DNA of 64,000 nucleotides from Planctomycetota bacterium. GTDB lineage: Bacteria; Planctomycetota; Phycisphaerae; UBA1845. A program made the translations under genes and the position numbers. The notes below the pieces were generated by a model. It made no database searches, was not told the origin of the DNA, and worked only from the letters and a program-made list of their open reading frames with translations. This document shows, in pieces, positions 37,122 through 46,147 of the stretch (positions within the stretch are counted from its first letter, which is position 1; the number at the start of each line of letters is the position of its first letter). The stretch covers positions 3,315 through 67,314 of the forward strand of contig JAZDKM010000247.1 of assembly GCA_043803085.1 (NCBI GenBank), in the 5' to 3' direction.

Positions 37122-39432
37122 CCTCGAATAATCTCGCCGATTGGCAAGCGGCTGGCGGTTGAGGCAGGCCGAGCTTCTGCCGCCGCTCGATCTCGACCCG
37201 GAACGCGGTCCGCCACGCCCCCGAGCCGAAGTTCTCCGCCGCCCAGCGGAGATAGCCCAGCGGGACCTCCCCGAGCTTGATGCCCTTATGCTTGCCGAAC
37301 GTGATCTCCAGCTCCGCGTTCGCCTGGGCCTCCGGCGGCAGGGGCACGCTCTCGACGTTGACCTTCGTCGTGATATCGACCCCCGTCAGCGGCCCGGCGT
37401 CCGAGCGCAGCCGCCATAGCCCCCGCCCCGGCTTCTGGTCGATCAGCTCGAACGTCTCGATCCGGCCGAACCGCCGGACGTTGTCGCACAGGTCGATCAC
37501 CAGGCAACTCTCCTTGCCCGCCGCCGGCCGGATCCCCCGCCCGATCATCTGGTAATAGAGGGCCACGCTCTTCGTCGGCCGGCCCAGGACGATCGCGTCG
37601 AGCTCGGGGAAATCGAAGCCGACCGTCAGGACCCCGACGTTGACCACGGCCCGAATCCGGCCCAGCCGAAAGCCGCTCAGGACCGCCTCCCTGATCCGCT
37701 TGGGCGTCTCGGCGTCCACGATCGCCGCGTCGACGTCGAAGCTCTTCAATAGGCTCAAAACCCGCTCCGATTCCGCGCGAAACTGGCAGAAAACCAAGAC
37801 GTGCCGCGCCGGTGCCGCCCGGACGGCCGCCGCGATCTTGTGCGTGATCCCGAGCTTCTCGTTATACGACGCCAGGGCCCGCTCGTCATAGCCCTGGCCC
37901 GTCGAGTTGACCGCCACCTCACCCTCGCGATAGTCCGCGTCCCGCTCATAGGAGCACGGGGCCAGCCAGCCGCCCGCCAGGAGCTCAGCCACCTGCGTCA
38001 CGTGGGCGATCCGGTCGAAGACCCGCGGCCTGGTCCTCGTCAGGATGCGGCTCTCCGCCACGTGCTCCCCCGTCTCGTGGTGGTTATAGTGCCGCAAGCG
38101 GTACGGCGTCGCCGTCAGGCCCAGGGCCGGCACGCCGAGATGGCCGATGAAGTGCTCGTACATCCCGCCCTTGGAATTAACCAGATGGCAGTTGTGCACG
38201 AGGATTCCATCGGCGAAATAGTTGTGATTGTCCGCCACTTCTAAATTGTAGACAATACTACCTTGCTCACTGCCTTCACATCCTGCAGAATCTCGGCGTT
38301 CCAGAACCGCAGCACTTTCCAGCCGAGAGATTCCAGTAGTGCATCCTGTTTCCTGTCCTCGGCCTGCCGTTTCAACGGGTGATGTGAATTCCCATCTACT
38401 TCGACGGCGATCCGCCTCTTCGGATTCGCCAGATCCACCTTGTAGCATGTCGGATAGCCGGAATCCCTCGCCTTTTTTGTGGGAATGGCAAACTCTGCGA
38501 CCCAACCAGTACCCAGCGCAGTCAAGAGCATCTCTTGTGGCACTGTCAAGCCCATCCCGTTGCCGCCGCGCACAGGCGGCTTGTGTCCTGTTCGCTTGAG
38601 CGTATCCGACACCTTCTTCCGTGTCTTCTCGCTTTCCATCGGATTCTTGGCTTTCATCCGGGCAGAATGACGCGACGCATAGAATCGCTGGGTGCACGCG
38701 GGACTGCAAAAAACGCGGCCCCTGCGCCTCATTCTCCACTGGATGTGGCTCCACTTCACATTTGAGAATCTCTCTCGCTGCAATTCCTTCCCGCACTGAG
38801 GACAGACCACCTTTTGTTGCGTAAACATATACAGAGTCTCCAAGATGCAGTTCGGAGGCAGGCATATAGCCCCTCCCTGAAATGAATACTGGATGATTCG
38901 GGGTGCTCTTTAGGCAGCTATCCTTCGTGCGCAAAACTGAAAACGCCCCATGATAGATACGCTTCGACACGCCCAATACCGACTTACTCTCCATCCTCTG
39001 GAGGATATGGTTGTAGCTTGTGACTATATCTCCTGGCCGGATCTTCTCGATAGGTCTGCCGTCTACCTCAGTCCCCGCCGGAAAGCATTCATCCACGAGC
39101 ACGCACCCGCAGCCGGCGAAGAGCTCCTGGTGCCGGATCACCGACCCGATCGTCGCGAACGTGATCCGCCCGCGGTACTTGCGGTTGCAGGAGGCGGACC
39201 AGATCCCGATGTCCCGCTCGCCCGTCGCCCGCACTTTGGCATAGTTCTGCTCCAGAATCTCTTTCGACGGCTGCAGGACGATCATCGGACCCGCCAGGGC
39301 CCCGGCCACCGCCGCGATCACATGGCTCTTGCCGCTCCCCGTCGGCAGGACCAGGATGCCGTTACGCCCGGCCCGCAAGGCACCCAGGGCCGCCTCGGCC
39401 GCCGTCTTCTGATAGGGTCGCAGGTCGCTCAT
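37102..39432 (-). CDS. SF2 DExH helicase (RadD/YejH-like) with intein and C-terminal DUF3820-like domain
   Basis: LRPYQ, LPTGSGKS, DE|CH, LTATP, GFDFP, QMIGRGIR; FGKHKG...VPLGYLRW. Confidence 0.9.
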   Translation of the reverse strand: MSDLRPYQKTAAEAALGALRAGRNGILVLPTGSGKSHVIAAVAGALAGPMIVLQPSKEILEQNYAKVRATGERDIGIWSASCNRKYRGRITFATIGSVIRHQELFAGCGCVLVDECFPAGTEVDGRPIEKIRPGDIVTSYNHILQRMESKSVLGVSKRIYHGAFSVLRTKDSCLKSTPNHPVFISGRGYMPASELHLGDSVYVYATKGGLSSVREGIAAREILKCEVEPHPVENEAQGPRFLQSRVHPAILCVASFCPDESQESDGKREDTEEGVGYAQANRTQAACARRQRDGLDSATRDALDCAGYWLGRRVCHSHKKGEGFRLSDMLQGGSGESEEADRRRSRWEFTSPVETAGRGQETGCTTGISRLESAAVLERRDSAGCEGSEQGSIVYNLEVADNHNYFADGILVHNCHLVNSKGGMYEHFIGHLGVPALGLTATPYRLRHYNHHETGEHVAESRILTRTRPRVFDRIAHVTQVAELLAGGWLAPCSYERDADYREGEVAVNSTGQGYDERALASYNEKLGITHKIAAAVRAAPARHVLVFCQFRAESERVLSLLKSFDVDAAIVDAETPKRIREAVLSGFRLGRIRAVVNVGVLTVGFDFPELDAIVLGRPTKSVALYYQMIGRGIRPAAGKESCLVIDLCDNVRRFGRIETFELIDQKPGRGLWRLRSDAGPLTGVDITTKVNVESVPLPPEAQANAELEITFGKHKGIKLGEVPLGYLRWAAENFGSGAWRTAFRVEIERRQKLGLPQPPAACQSARLFEATGTGE
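38191..39087 (-). mobile_element. Intein (299 aa) inserted in helicase motif II
   Basis: Starts CFPAGTEV, block B STPNHPVF, ends YNLEVADNHNYFADGILVHN; the +1 residue is Cys. Confidence 0.92.
38241..38828 (-). CDS. DUF559/Vsr-like endonuclease in an alternative frame inside the intein
   Basis: CPQC...FCSPAC zinc finger; YKVDLA...IAVEVDGNSH...D...LESLGWKVLRFWN. Confidence 0.85.
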   Translation of the reverse strand: MFTQQKVVCPQCGKELQRERFSNVKWSHIQWRMRRRGRVFCSPACTQRFYASRHSARMKAKNPMESEKTRKKVSDTLKRTGHKPPVRGGNGMGLTVPQEMLLTALGTGWVAEFAIPTKKARDSGYPTCYKVDLANPKRRIAVEVDGNSHHPLKRQAEDRKQDALLESLGWKVLRFWNAEILQDVKAVSKVVLSTI

Positions 39433-39474
39433 GCCCGATAGTGTGAAACCTTTGGTTCGGTGTGCTCGGCGACC

Positions 39475-39720
39475 TCAACCACCGCCGGGCACACTCTTTG
39501 CCCGTTCCCGTTCGGCCAAGTCCGCCGCCCGCAACCAGTTGGCGATCCTCACCGCGCTGTCGAGGTCCAATTCCATAATCTCATTCCCGTCCGTCATCCG
39601 GACCTCAAACCCGCCCGAGACCATCTCGGTCAGCAGGATCCCGCCGCCCCGCTCTTCGGGAGTCTCCGGGCTGTTCGTGACGTGCAGGTAGTTGCCGCCG
39701 TACTCGATGTTCCGTTTCAT
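39475..39720 (-). CDS. Hypothetical protein
   Basis: AAGGAGG RBS; start MKRNIEY. Confidence 0.5.
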   Translation of the reverse strand: MKRNIEYGGNYLHVTNSPETPEERGGGILLTEMVSGGFEVRMTDGNEIMELDLDSAVRIANWLRAADLAERERAKSVPGGG

Positions 39721-39734
39721 GGTAAACCTCCTTG

Positions 39735-40091
39735 TCAGGGTTTCTGCTCCAGCCAGGGCAGTTTCCTCAGTTTCCACCGCCGCCGCAGGGATTCCAAAAG
39801 CTGGACGGCGTCGTGGCAATGCGTACCCTGGTGATAGCCCCGCTGAAAGACGAGCTTGGCGCTCGCCGGCCACCATTCGGCGACCTTCGGGCCCAGCGCG
39901 AACCGCCAGTGATGGCCGCCGTTGCTGACGTTCAGCCGGATCCCATGCAGGTCACACCAGTTGTGGACCTCGGCCGCCCTGAGCATCGCCGACGCCAGCC
40001 GCCGCGTATGACGCTCGTGCCACGTCTCCGCCGGACGATAAGGGACGACGTCCGACTTGCCGCAGCCGCTCGTGTCATTGTACTTGGCCAT
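39735..40091 (-). CDS. Hypothetical protein
   Basis: Start MAKYNDT; NGGHHWRF...AEWWPAS motif. Confidence 0.5.
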   Translation of the reverse strand: MAKYNDTSGCGKSDVVPYRPAETWHERHTRRLASAMLRAAEVHNWCDLHGIRLNVSNGGHHWRFALGPKVAEWWPASAKLVFQRGYHQGTHCHDAVQLLESLRRRWKLRKLPWLEQKP

Positions 40092-40210
40092 AACACCTAT
40101 CCGAAGATCAAATCCAGCCGGCGGCCCCGCCGCTGCGGCCTTGCCTGCGCCTTCGGGGGCCTCCCTGCCGCGCCCTTGTATCTGGCCGGCCGCCGGCGAC
40201 AACAATTCCG

Positions 40211-40477
40211 CTACTTCTGCGTCAGCTTGGCCTCGAGGCCCTCCGCCTTGAGCCGGTAGTGAATTACGAGCAGGCATTGAATCAGGTCTTTGATCACCGG
40301 ATCATCGATGTAGAATATGCCGCCCTGGGGTAATAGCTGAATGTTGATGTCACCCTTATTGCGAACATCAGCGCTTGCTGCCGTGTCCGCGCAGGCCCGG
40401 AGCCAGAGGGCGTCTTTCGCCCACCTCGCCCGCTCATTCGCCTGCTTGGAAATCTCTTCCAACTCTTCCCTTATCAT
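40211..40477 (-). CDS. Hypothetical protein
   Basis: AAGGAG RBS, 88 aa. Confidence 0.5.
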   Translation of the reverse strand: MIREELEEISKQANERARWAKDALWLRACADTAASADVRNKGDINIQLLPQGGIFYIDDPVIKDLIQCLLVIHYRLKAEGLEAKLTQK

Positions 40478-40592
40478 TGCCGGTCTCCTTGTATCAAGTC
40501 AAAAACCATCCTAAGCTATCGTCACGCCGAGCTTTACGGCGATTTTTCGCGCTTGCCGGCCCGCGCAGGCGGGCCGATCCCTACCCCCGACC

Positions 40593-40820
40593 CTACTGCC
40601 CAGTCGAATCAGGCCGCTTCCCTGAGCCAGGCGGGGCGTCCGGGGCCGGCGGCGCCCTTGTGGCCGGCGGCGCACACCGTTTTGTCCGCCGGATTGTGAT
40701 ACTCGGCGGCGCCTCGATCCCGACCCGAACGTCCGAATGCCCGTGCAGGTTCGGCGCCAGGGTGATCCGCGCCGCGCCGATCTCGATCCACTCCGTTGGC
40801 TTCAATCCCAGAACCAGCAT
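40593..40820 (-). CDS. csrA: CsrA-like RNA-binding regulator
   Basis: MLVL...E.IEIG...I......VRVGIEAPPSITIRR. Confidence 0.75.
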   Translation of the reverse strand: MLVLGLKPTEWIEIGAARITLAPNLHGHSDVRVGIEAPPSITIRRTKRCAPPATRAPPAPDAPPGSGKRPDSTGQ

Positions 40821-40832
40821 AAGACTTGCCTC

Positions 40833-41357
40833 TCACGATTTGAGTTGCATCCCATAGTCAGCAATCAACAGCGCATCGGCGGTCGCCAGGGTCACTTTCA
40901 TGCCAGGAAACCGCTCACTGGCCAGCCGCTTGAGCCGGTTCTTGCGCTCCGTCCTGGCTCGGCTACGCGCCTGGGCCCAACTCTTTTTGCGGGTCTTGAA
41001 GGCCGACTCCTCTTCCCCCTCAGCCCGTTGCGGTCGCTTGCCGATGTCCGCGGCCGCCAGCGACAGATCCTGTTGCCATTTCCGGGGCTTGACCCGCTCC
41101 ATCCGAATCCCCAGGCAGCACAGGCACATCTCGAGGTGTCCGACGTTCCGTAGGAAAGAACCTGCCGCCTTGGCCGCATCGTCCGGCATGGAATGAACGT
41201 CCTCGACAAAGGCAATCGCCGCCCCGTCCGCCAACCGCAGGATCTCGTCCCTGAGATCCTGACACGTAAGCGGCATCTTGATTGCCTCGACGCTCGCGCC
41301 GTTGATCGCCGCAATGCCGCCCGACACCCCCGGATCGATCCCGAGAATAACCATCAA
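40833..41357 (-). CDS. RuvC-like Holliday junction resolvase
   Basis: ILGIDPGVSGGIA, FVEDVH, VKPRKWQ, ADALLIADY. Confidence 0.85.
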   Translation of the reverse strand: MMVILGIDPGVSGGIAAINGASVEAIKMPLTCQDLRDEILRLADGAAIAFVEDVHSMPDDAAKAAGSFLRNVGHLEMCLCCLGIRMERVKPRKWQQDLSLAAADIGKRPQRAEGEEESAFKTRKKSWAQARSRARTERKNRLKRLASERFPGMKVTLATADALLIADYGMQLKS

Positions 41358-41379
41358 TGCCCCTTTCTCTTGGCCCTGG

Positions 41380-41628
41380 TCAGGGCTTCCCCGGCCCCTC
41401 GTATTCGATCTTCACCGTCCGCACCGCCAGGTCCGGCGCCATCGAGAGCGGCAGCGACTCGCACAGGTCGTCGTAGGCGATCTCCGCCATCTCGGACGTT
41501 GGGAACAGGGCCGCCGTCCCCAGGCCCTCGAACTGCAGGCACCCGTCCCGCGCGGAATCGCCCGCCCAGAACTCATCGAGGCCGCTCGCCGGATCATGCC
41601 AGACGACGACCCACGCCCGCCGGATCAT
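41380..41628 (-). CDS. Hypothetical protein
   Basis: Start MIRRAWVVVW; coupled. Confidence 0.45.
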   Translation of the reverse strand: MIRRAWVVVWHDPASGLDEFWAGDSARDGCLQFEGLGTAALFPTSEMAEIAYDDLCESLPLSMAPDLAVRTVKIEYEGPGKP

Positions 41629-41816
41629 CGCGGGCCCCCCGCCCGGACGACCTGGACGGCCCCGCGCTTCAGCGGGCAGCGGCGCGGGAACGAACGGCCC
41701 GCCTCCGGATTGCACAGGCAGTATTTGGCCCTGGCCGTGCAGCTCGCCGCACTCTTGAAAGGCAAGTAGCGGAACGGGCAATCCACGTACGATTCGATTT
41801 TCTTGACCAAACTCAT
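41625..41816 (-). CDS. Small Cys-containing protein
   Basis: DCPF...C...C...FPRRCPL. Confidence 0.45.
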   Translation of the reverse strand: MSLVKKIESYVDCPFRYLPFKSAASCTARAKYCLCNPEAGRSFPRRCPLKRGAVQVVRAGGPR

Positions 41817-42166
41817 CGCCTGACTCCTTGGAATTTATGTTTCTTTCGGAAATAGGCTGCACAAGTCATGCCCGCCTCGAACGCTTCTTCGGCTGTCCAA
41901 ACATGGTCGGAAGCTGGACCTAAGAAGGGGTGCACGCAGCGAAAGAGCCGCTCGACGCGCAACCGTGTCTCGTGCGGATAATAGCCCGCGTAATAGCCCA
42001 GGTTTGTCCGCTCTATGGCCTCCACCTTTTCTCTTGTCCGGCGGGGATTCAACCGCATACACCGGCGCACCAGCGCGGCGAAGTAATCGTCCGCCGTCTG
42101 CTGCTCGGTGATCTCCATTGCCGGCCCGTAGCACTCCTCATACGTCATTTTGTCAGGCAGCTCCAT
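41813..42166 (-). CDS. Hypothetical phage protein
   Basis: Start MELPDKMTY; NLGYYAGYY...VERLF...HPFLG. Confidence 0.55.
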   Translation of the reverse strand: MELPDKMTYEECYGPAMEITEQQTADDYFAALVRRCMRLNPRRTREKVEAIERTNLGYYAGYYPHETRLRVERLFRCVHPFLGPASDHVWTAEEAFEAGMTCAAYFRKKHKFQGVRR

Positions 42167-42168
42167 AA

Positions 42169-43236
42169 TCACTCCATGACCCGGCTCACCTGGCCCGGGC
42201 ACTTGGTTCCCTGCTCGTTCACGTGGCTACACTTGCCGCCCGCGGGTTTGACCTTATAGCGGGTCAGGCATTGGTCGCACTCGTAGTTGCCCCCGCCGGT
42301 CTCCGTCCCCAACAATGGTCCCGCTTCCTCGCCCGCCGGCCCAGGCGGCCCGGTCAGAATGCTGAGCGTCCCATCCTTGCCCACCCCCACCTCCGGTCGG
42401 CCGATATACTCCACGCACGCCGCCATCTCCGTGAAGCCGCACCCCGCCCCCGCCGCCGCCAGCAGCTTGCGGAGGACCGCGTTCGGCAAGTTCTCTTCCC
42501 CCGTCTTCTCCAGGCACTTGGCCCGAAACGCCTCCCGCGCCTGGCGCTCCTCGGCGTCCGCGTTCAGCAGCGCCCCCGCCTGCGGCTTCGGCGGCTCGGT
42601 CCCCTGCTCGGCGTCCCGCAAGTGCCGGTCGTCCTCCTTGGTGACCAGACCCAGGACCATGAAGAGCGTCTTGCGCTGCAAGGACGTGATCGTCCCCATC
42701 CGCTTCTGGACCGCCGTCTGCCCGCTACTGCCTTCCGGCGGGGCCCCGAACGGCAGCGAGGATTCCTTGTGGCCCAGGATATGCGTGACGACGCACTCCA
42801 ATTCGACCCAGCCGGGATCGTTCTTGACCATCCGCCAGGTCGGTATCAGCCCGCACTGGTCCAGGGCCGGCCGGATCTGCTCAATGGTCGTGGTCAGCTC
42901 GGCATAGTCATATCTGACGCTCCCGAACGCCCCGTCGCGCTTGCGGGTCTTCGTATCGTCCCGGTGGCCGGTCATGATGACCGGCCTGACCAGCGCCTGG
43001 AATTGGACGAGGGCGTTCGCGAACGCCTCGCGGGCCTGGTCCGCCCGCTCCTCCCGCCGGATATTCAGCAATTCGTGCATCACCGCGACGTCGGCCTTGT
43101 TCAGCACGGCGTCCTTGATGATCGATAGGATGCTCTCCCCCTGGGCCGGCTGCCGGGCCAGGCTATGCGCCTCCTCGATGATCTTCTCGTCGCCCGGGAC
43201 TGCCGTCGTCTCTACTTGTTCCGCGTTCTCTGCCAT
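42169..43236 (-). CDS. erf: ERF-family ssDNA-annealing protein
   Basis: AREAFANALVQFQ...YDYAEL...IRPAL...THILGHKES...MGTITSLQRKTL. Confidence 0.8.
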   Translation of the reverse strand: MAENAEQVETTAVPGDEKIIEEAHSLARQPAQGESILSIIKDAVLNKADVAVMHELLNIRREERADQAREAFANALVQFQALVRPVIMTGHRDDTKTRKRDGAFGSVRYDYAELTTTIEQIRPALDQCGLIPTWRMVKNDPGWVELECVVTHILGHKESSLPFGAPPEGSSGQTAVQKRMGTITSLQRKTLFMVLGLVTKEDDRHLRDAEQGTEPPKPQAGALLNADAEERQAREAFRAKCLEKTGEENLPNAVLRKLLAAAGAGCGFTEMAACVEYIGRPEVGVGKDGTLSILTGPPGPAGEEAGPLLGTETGGGNYECDQCLTRYKVKPAGGKCSHVNEQGTKCPGQVSRVME

Positions 43237-43243
43237 AAGGTCC

Positions 43244-44131
43244 TCACTGAATCTCGAACGCCCCGACCCCTTCTCTGGCCAGGGCCCAGTCTCTCATCTC
43301 GATCAAATGCGGCCCCCCGTAGGCGGGCCAGTCGTTCTTCGCCACGCACTCGGCGTACTTGTCCAGGGCCGCCCGCCAGGCGAGGTCCCCCGCCCGGCAG
43401 GTCCGCGGCTTGCGCTCGTGGACCTCCGTGATCCACGGTGGGTCCTTCTCGACGGCCAGCCAGCACCAGACGCTGTCCTCGCCCGTCAATACCCGCCAGC
43501 CCTCGCAGTAGTACGCCGCCTGCAGGAAGTAGCCATAGTGCTCGACCGCGTAGGTGAATGCCTCCGGTCCCGCGTGCTCGCAGCTCTTGAGGTCCGTGAG
43601 GTAATGCGTGAAGCCGTCGCTCCGCTCATAGTCCAGCCTGGCCTTGCACAGCAGGCCCGTCTTCTCGTCCCGCCAGAGGAGCACGACCTCCGCCCGGCCC
43701 GCGCACAGGAGCTCCCGGCACTGCTGGGCCCGCACCCGCCCGGCGATCGCGGTGATCGTCTCATACTCGTCGGTCTTGATCTCCTCCCGGCCGCCCCGGT
43801 CCAGCAGGAACCGCTCATAGATGGCCGCGCCTTGTTTCGTGTTCCGCTTGCACGGCGGCCGAATCGCGTAGCGCTGCGCAAACGTCGCCGGCTCCAGGAT
43901 CAGGGTGTGCAGGGCCTGCCCCAGGGCCAGGGCCGGCGTCGGCGGCTTGGGATGCTCGCGCTCGTACCGGGCGTGCAGGGGCGAGCGGGTCTTGAGCGTC
44001 CAGAGCAGCGTCGCGTTCACCGCGTCGATGGCCTGGTACTCGCGGAACGACAGGCCGGGGTAGATCCCGGGGACCGGGGATTGATGAGGGATGATCGATG
44101 ATTGATGATTCTCAGCGTCCCTGCCGTCCAT
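43244..44131 (-). CDS. RecE/exonuclease VIII-like PD-(D/E)XK nuclease (DUF3799-type)
   Basis: PGIYPGLSFREY, GQALHTLILEP, CKARLD, DLKS, YFLQAAYY, AVEKDPP. Confidence 0.85.
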   Translation of the reverse strand: MDGRDAENHQSSIIPHQSPVPGIYPGLSFREYQAIDAVNATLLWTLKTRSPLHARYEREHPKPPTPALALGQALHTLILEPATFAQRYAIRPPCKRNTKQGAAIYERFLLDRGGREEIKTDEYETITAIAGRVRAQQCRELLCAGRAEVVLLWRDEKTGLLCKARLDYERSDGFTHYLTDLKSCEHAGPEAFTYAVEHYGYFLQAAYYCEGWRVLTGEDSVWCWLAVEKDPPWITEVHERKPRTCRAGDLAWRAALDKYAECVAKNDWPAYGGPHLIEMRDWALAREGVGAFEIQ

Positions 44132-44145
44132 GTCACTCCTTCGCT

Positions 44146-44499
44146 TCATTCCCCTTCCAGCGCCTTGATCCGCTCCATATAGAGCTGCTCGGCGTCCGCG
44201 GCGTACTTCTTCGCCTGCCCGATCAGCTCCCGATAGCAGGCGATCTGGCAGTCCTTCTCGCAGTAGTGCCCGCCGTCGGCGTCGAAGGCCTGGCAGCGGA
44301 CACAGCCGGGCTTGCGGCAATAGTCGCAGGTCAGCCGCTCGGATTCGCTCACCCGAGCCCCGCAGCGCGAGCAGGCGAACAGGCCCAGGGCCCGCTCCGC
44401 GTCGGCCTTGCGGTCGGCCTCCCGCTCCTCCATCCGCCGCTCCTCGGCGCGGGTGGGACCGATGGCGTCGCCCGTCGCTGGTCGCTCGTCGCTCGGCAT
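44146..44499 (-). CDS. Cys-rich zinc-binding protein
   Basis: Several CxxC pairs. Confidence 0.5.
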   Translation of the reverse strand: MPSDERPATGDAIGPTRAEERRMEEREADRKADAERALGLFACSRCGARVSESERLTCDYCRKPGCVRCQAFDADGGHYCEKDCQIACYRELIGQAKKYAADAEQLYMERIKALEGE

Positions 44500-44501
44500 G
44501 G

Positions 44502-44873
44502 TCAGCCTTCCTGCTCGATCAGCGTCTCGATTTCTTCAATCTCAAGGTCAGATCTGGTATGGATGCCGGCCAATTCGATCCGGCGCCTATGGGCTTCGTC
44601 CTGGGCCTCGAATTCTTCGTGAATCTCGACGCCGCCGGTGATCTTGCCGGCAAGCCGCCACTTGGTGACTTTCTGCGGCGGGGCCTTCAAAAGGACCTGC
44701 ATCTTGGAAGAGTACTCGCCCGAGCAGGCCACAACCATGACATGGCCCGCCCCATCCTCCAGCCGGATCGACTGCAGATACTGCGCATCGTGAATGCGGA
44801 CTTCCGTCACCGTGATCCCGTCCAGGGGACAGAGCTTGGCGATATCGTTCTTGTCTATCTGAGTGAGTAGCAT
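44502..44873 (-). CDS. Hypothetical protein
   Basis: 123 aa with GAGG RBS. Confidence 0.5.
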   Translation of the reverse strand: MLLTQIDKNDIAKLCPLDGITVTEVRIHDAQYLQSIRLEDGAGHVMVVACSGEYSSKMQVLLKAPPQKVTKWRLAGKITGGVEIHEEFEAQDEAHRRRIELAGIHTRSDLEIEEIETLIEQEG

Positions 44874-44904
44874 AAAGACCTCGTTTGGATTTGCGATTTA
44901 CGAG

Positions 44905-45108
44905 TTACGACTTTCCCGGGTCAGCCGACCCGGTAGCGGGCCGGGCCTTCGGCTTTTTGGCCGGGGCCGGGTTCGCGGCCAGCAAGAGCCGCATGGTCTG
45001 CTCCTCATCGCGGAGGAGGTCGACCCGCCGGTTCAGTCCAGTCTTCTCGGCCACGATCTCGGCCAGTCGACCTTCGATCTTCGCGATCACCGGATTCTTG
45101 CGTCCCAT
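44905..45108 (-). CDS. Small coiled-coil protein
   Basis: AAGGAG RBS; start MGRKNPV. Confidence 0.5.
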   Translation of the reverse strand: MGRKNPVIAKIEGRLAEIVAEKTGLNRRVDLLRDEEQTMRLLLAANPAPAKKPKARPATGSADPGKS

Positions 45109-45217
45109 AGAAACTCCTTTCGATTGATGATTAATGATTGATGATTCAAACAAACGCCGGCGTCGCCCTCCTGGCGTCCGTGAGGCCCGGCCCTGGCCCC
45201 CCGCCGGCGGCTTGGAT

Positions 45218-45388
45218 TTATGGTTGTTGATTTGCGACCTGTCTGCACAGGATTCCGTCGGGCACCTCGAACAGTCCCTGCCGCCCCTTGTAGGGGATAG
45301 GCTCGGGCAGCGGCGTCTCGATCTGCTTGGCCCCGACCGCGATGGCCGACGCCCACGGCTGCCATAACGAGAACGAGAGTGCCTTCAT
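45218..45388 (-). pseudogene. Internally deleted ASCH-domain gene
   Basis: MKALS..LWQPWASAIAVGAKQIET is joined directly to PLPEPIPYKGRQGLFEV, so the middle of ASCH is missing. Confidence 0.65.
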
Positions 45389-45390
45389 GG

Positions 45391-45795
45391 TCAATCGTCT
45401 TTCTGCTCTTTCTCTTCGCCGTCGAATGGGAGCGAGCTTTGCTTCTCCTCTTCCAAGAGTTTGCGGTCCACGATCAGCTCGGCGGTATCGTCGCGGGTGA
45501 CGTAACACTTGAGGTCTGTATAGTCCAGGACCACGGTGCACTGCACCTTGCGGATCTCGTACTTGTCCTGGACCAAGGAGCGGGCGACCTCCAGCGTCGC
45601 CTGGGCCTCGGCGAGCCGGCCCTGATACTGCTTCTTGATCCGGTCGGCCTCGGCGTCGAGGGATTCGATCATCCGCATCTGGTCGGCCATCTTCTGCCCG
45701 GCCTCAAGCAGTTCTTCCTGCGTCAACTGGACGCGGAGCATCCGGGTCTCGTGCGTGGTCTTGACTCGATGCGTCGCGTTGGCGTTCTTTCCCAT
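45391..45795 (-). CDS. Hypothetical phage coiled-coil protein
   Basis: LRVQLTQEEL...R.V.C...RDDTAELI..R.L..EE.Q.SL motif. Confidence 0.6.
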   Translation of the reverse strand: MGKNANATHRVKTTHETRMLRVQLTQEELLEAGQKMADQMRMIESLDAEADRIKKQYQGRLAEAQATLEVARSLVQDKYEIRKVQCTVVLDYTDLKCYVTRDDTAELIVDRKLLEEEKQSSLPFDGEEKEQKDD

Positions 45796-46090
45796 ACTCT
45801 TTTCCTTTCTAGACCGAAATTGTTTGGATTTCCGAGGGATGATGGCAACTGGCGGGCCTGGTTGACCCGGCGGCTCCACCGTGCGGGTTTGGCGGGGGTT
45901 CAGGTGCCCCGTCATGCCGCCGCCAGCATTCTTGGTAAAGCCGGGGGAGGCCCCGGCTTCGGAGGAGGGTGATGAAAAGCCCAGATGATAAGGGGGGACG
46001 GCCGGCGTCCCGGCCGTCCCCGCGGAGCGAGTGTATATGGCTTGCAGGGCCGACGCCTAAGCTGTCGGATAAGTTTGAAAAGCAGTCACT

Positions 46091-46122
46091 TAAGTCGTCG
46101 CATAACACACCTTATGGGACGT
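46091..46122. other. dif/att-like tyrosine-recombinase site
   Basis: TCGTCGCATAA-CACACC-TTATGGGACGT, 25 bp past the integrase stop; also forms TAA-N18-TTA. Confidence 0.45.
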
Positions 46123-46147
46123 GCGTAGTATAAGTCGCAGGGGGAGG

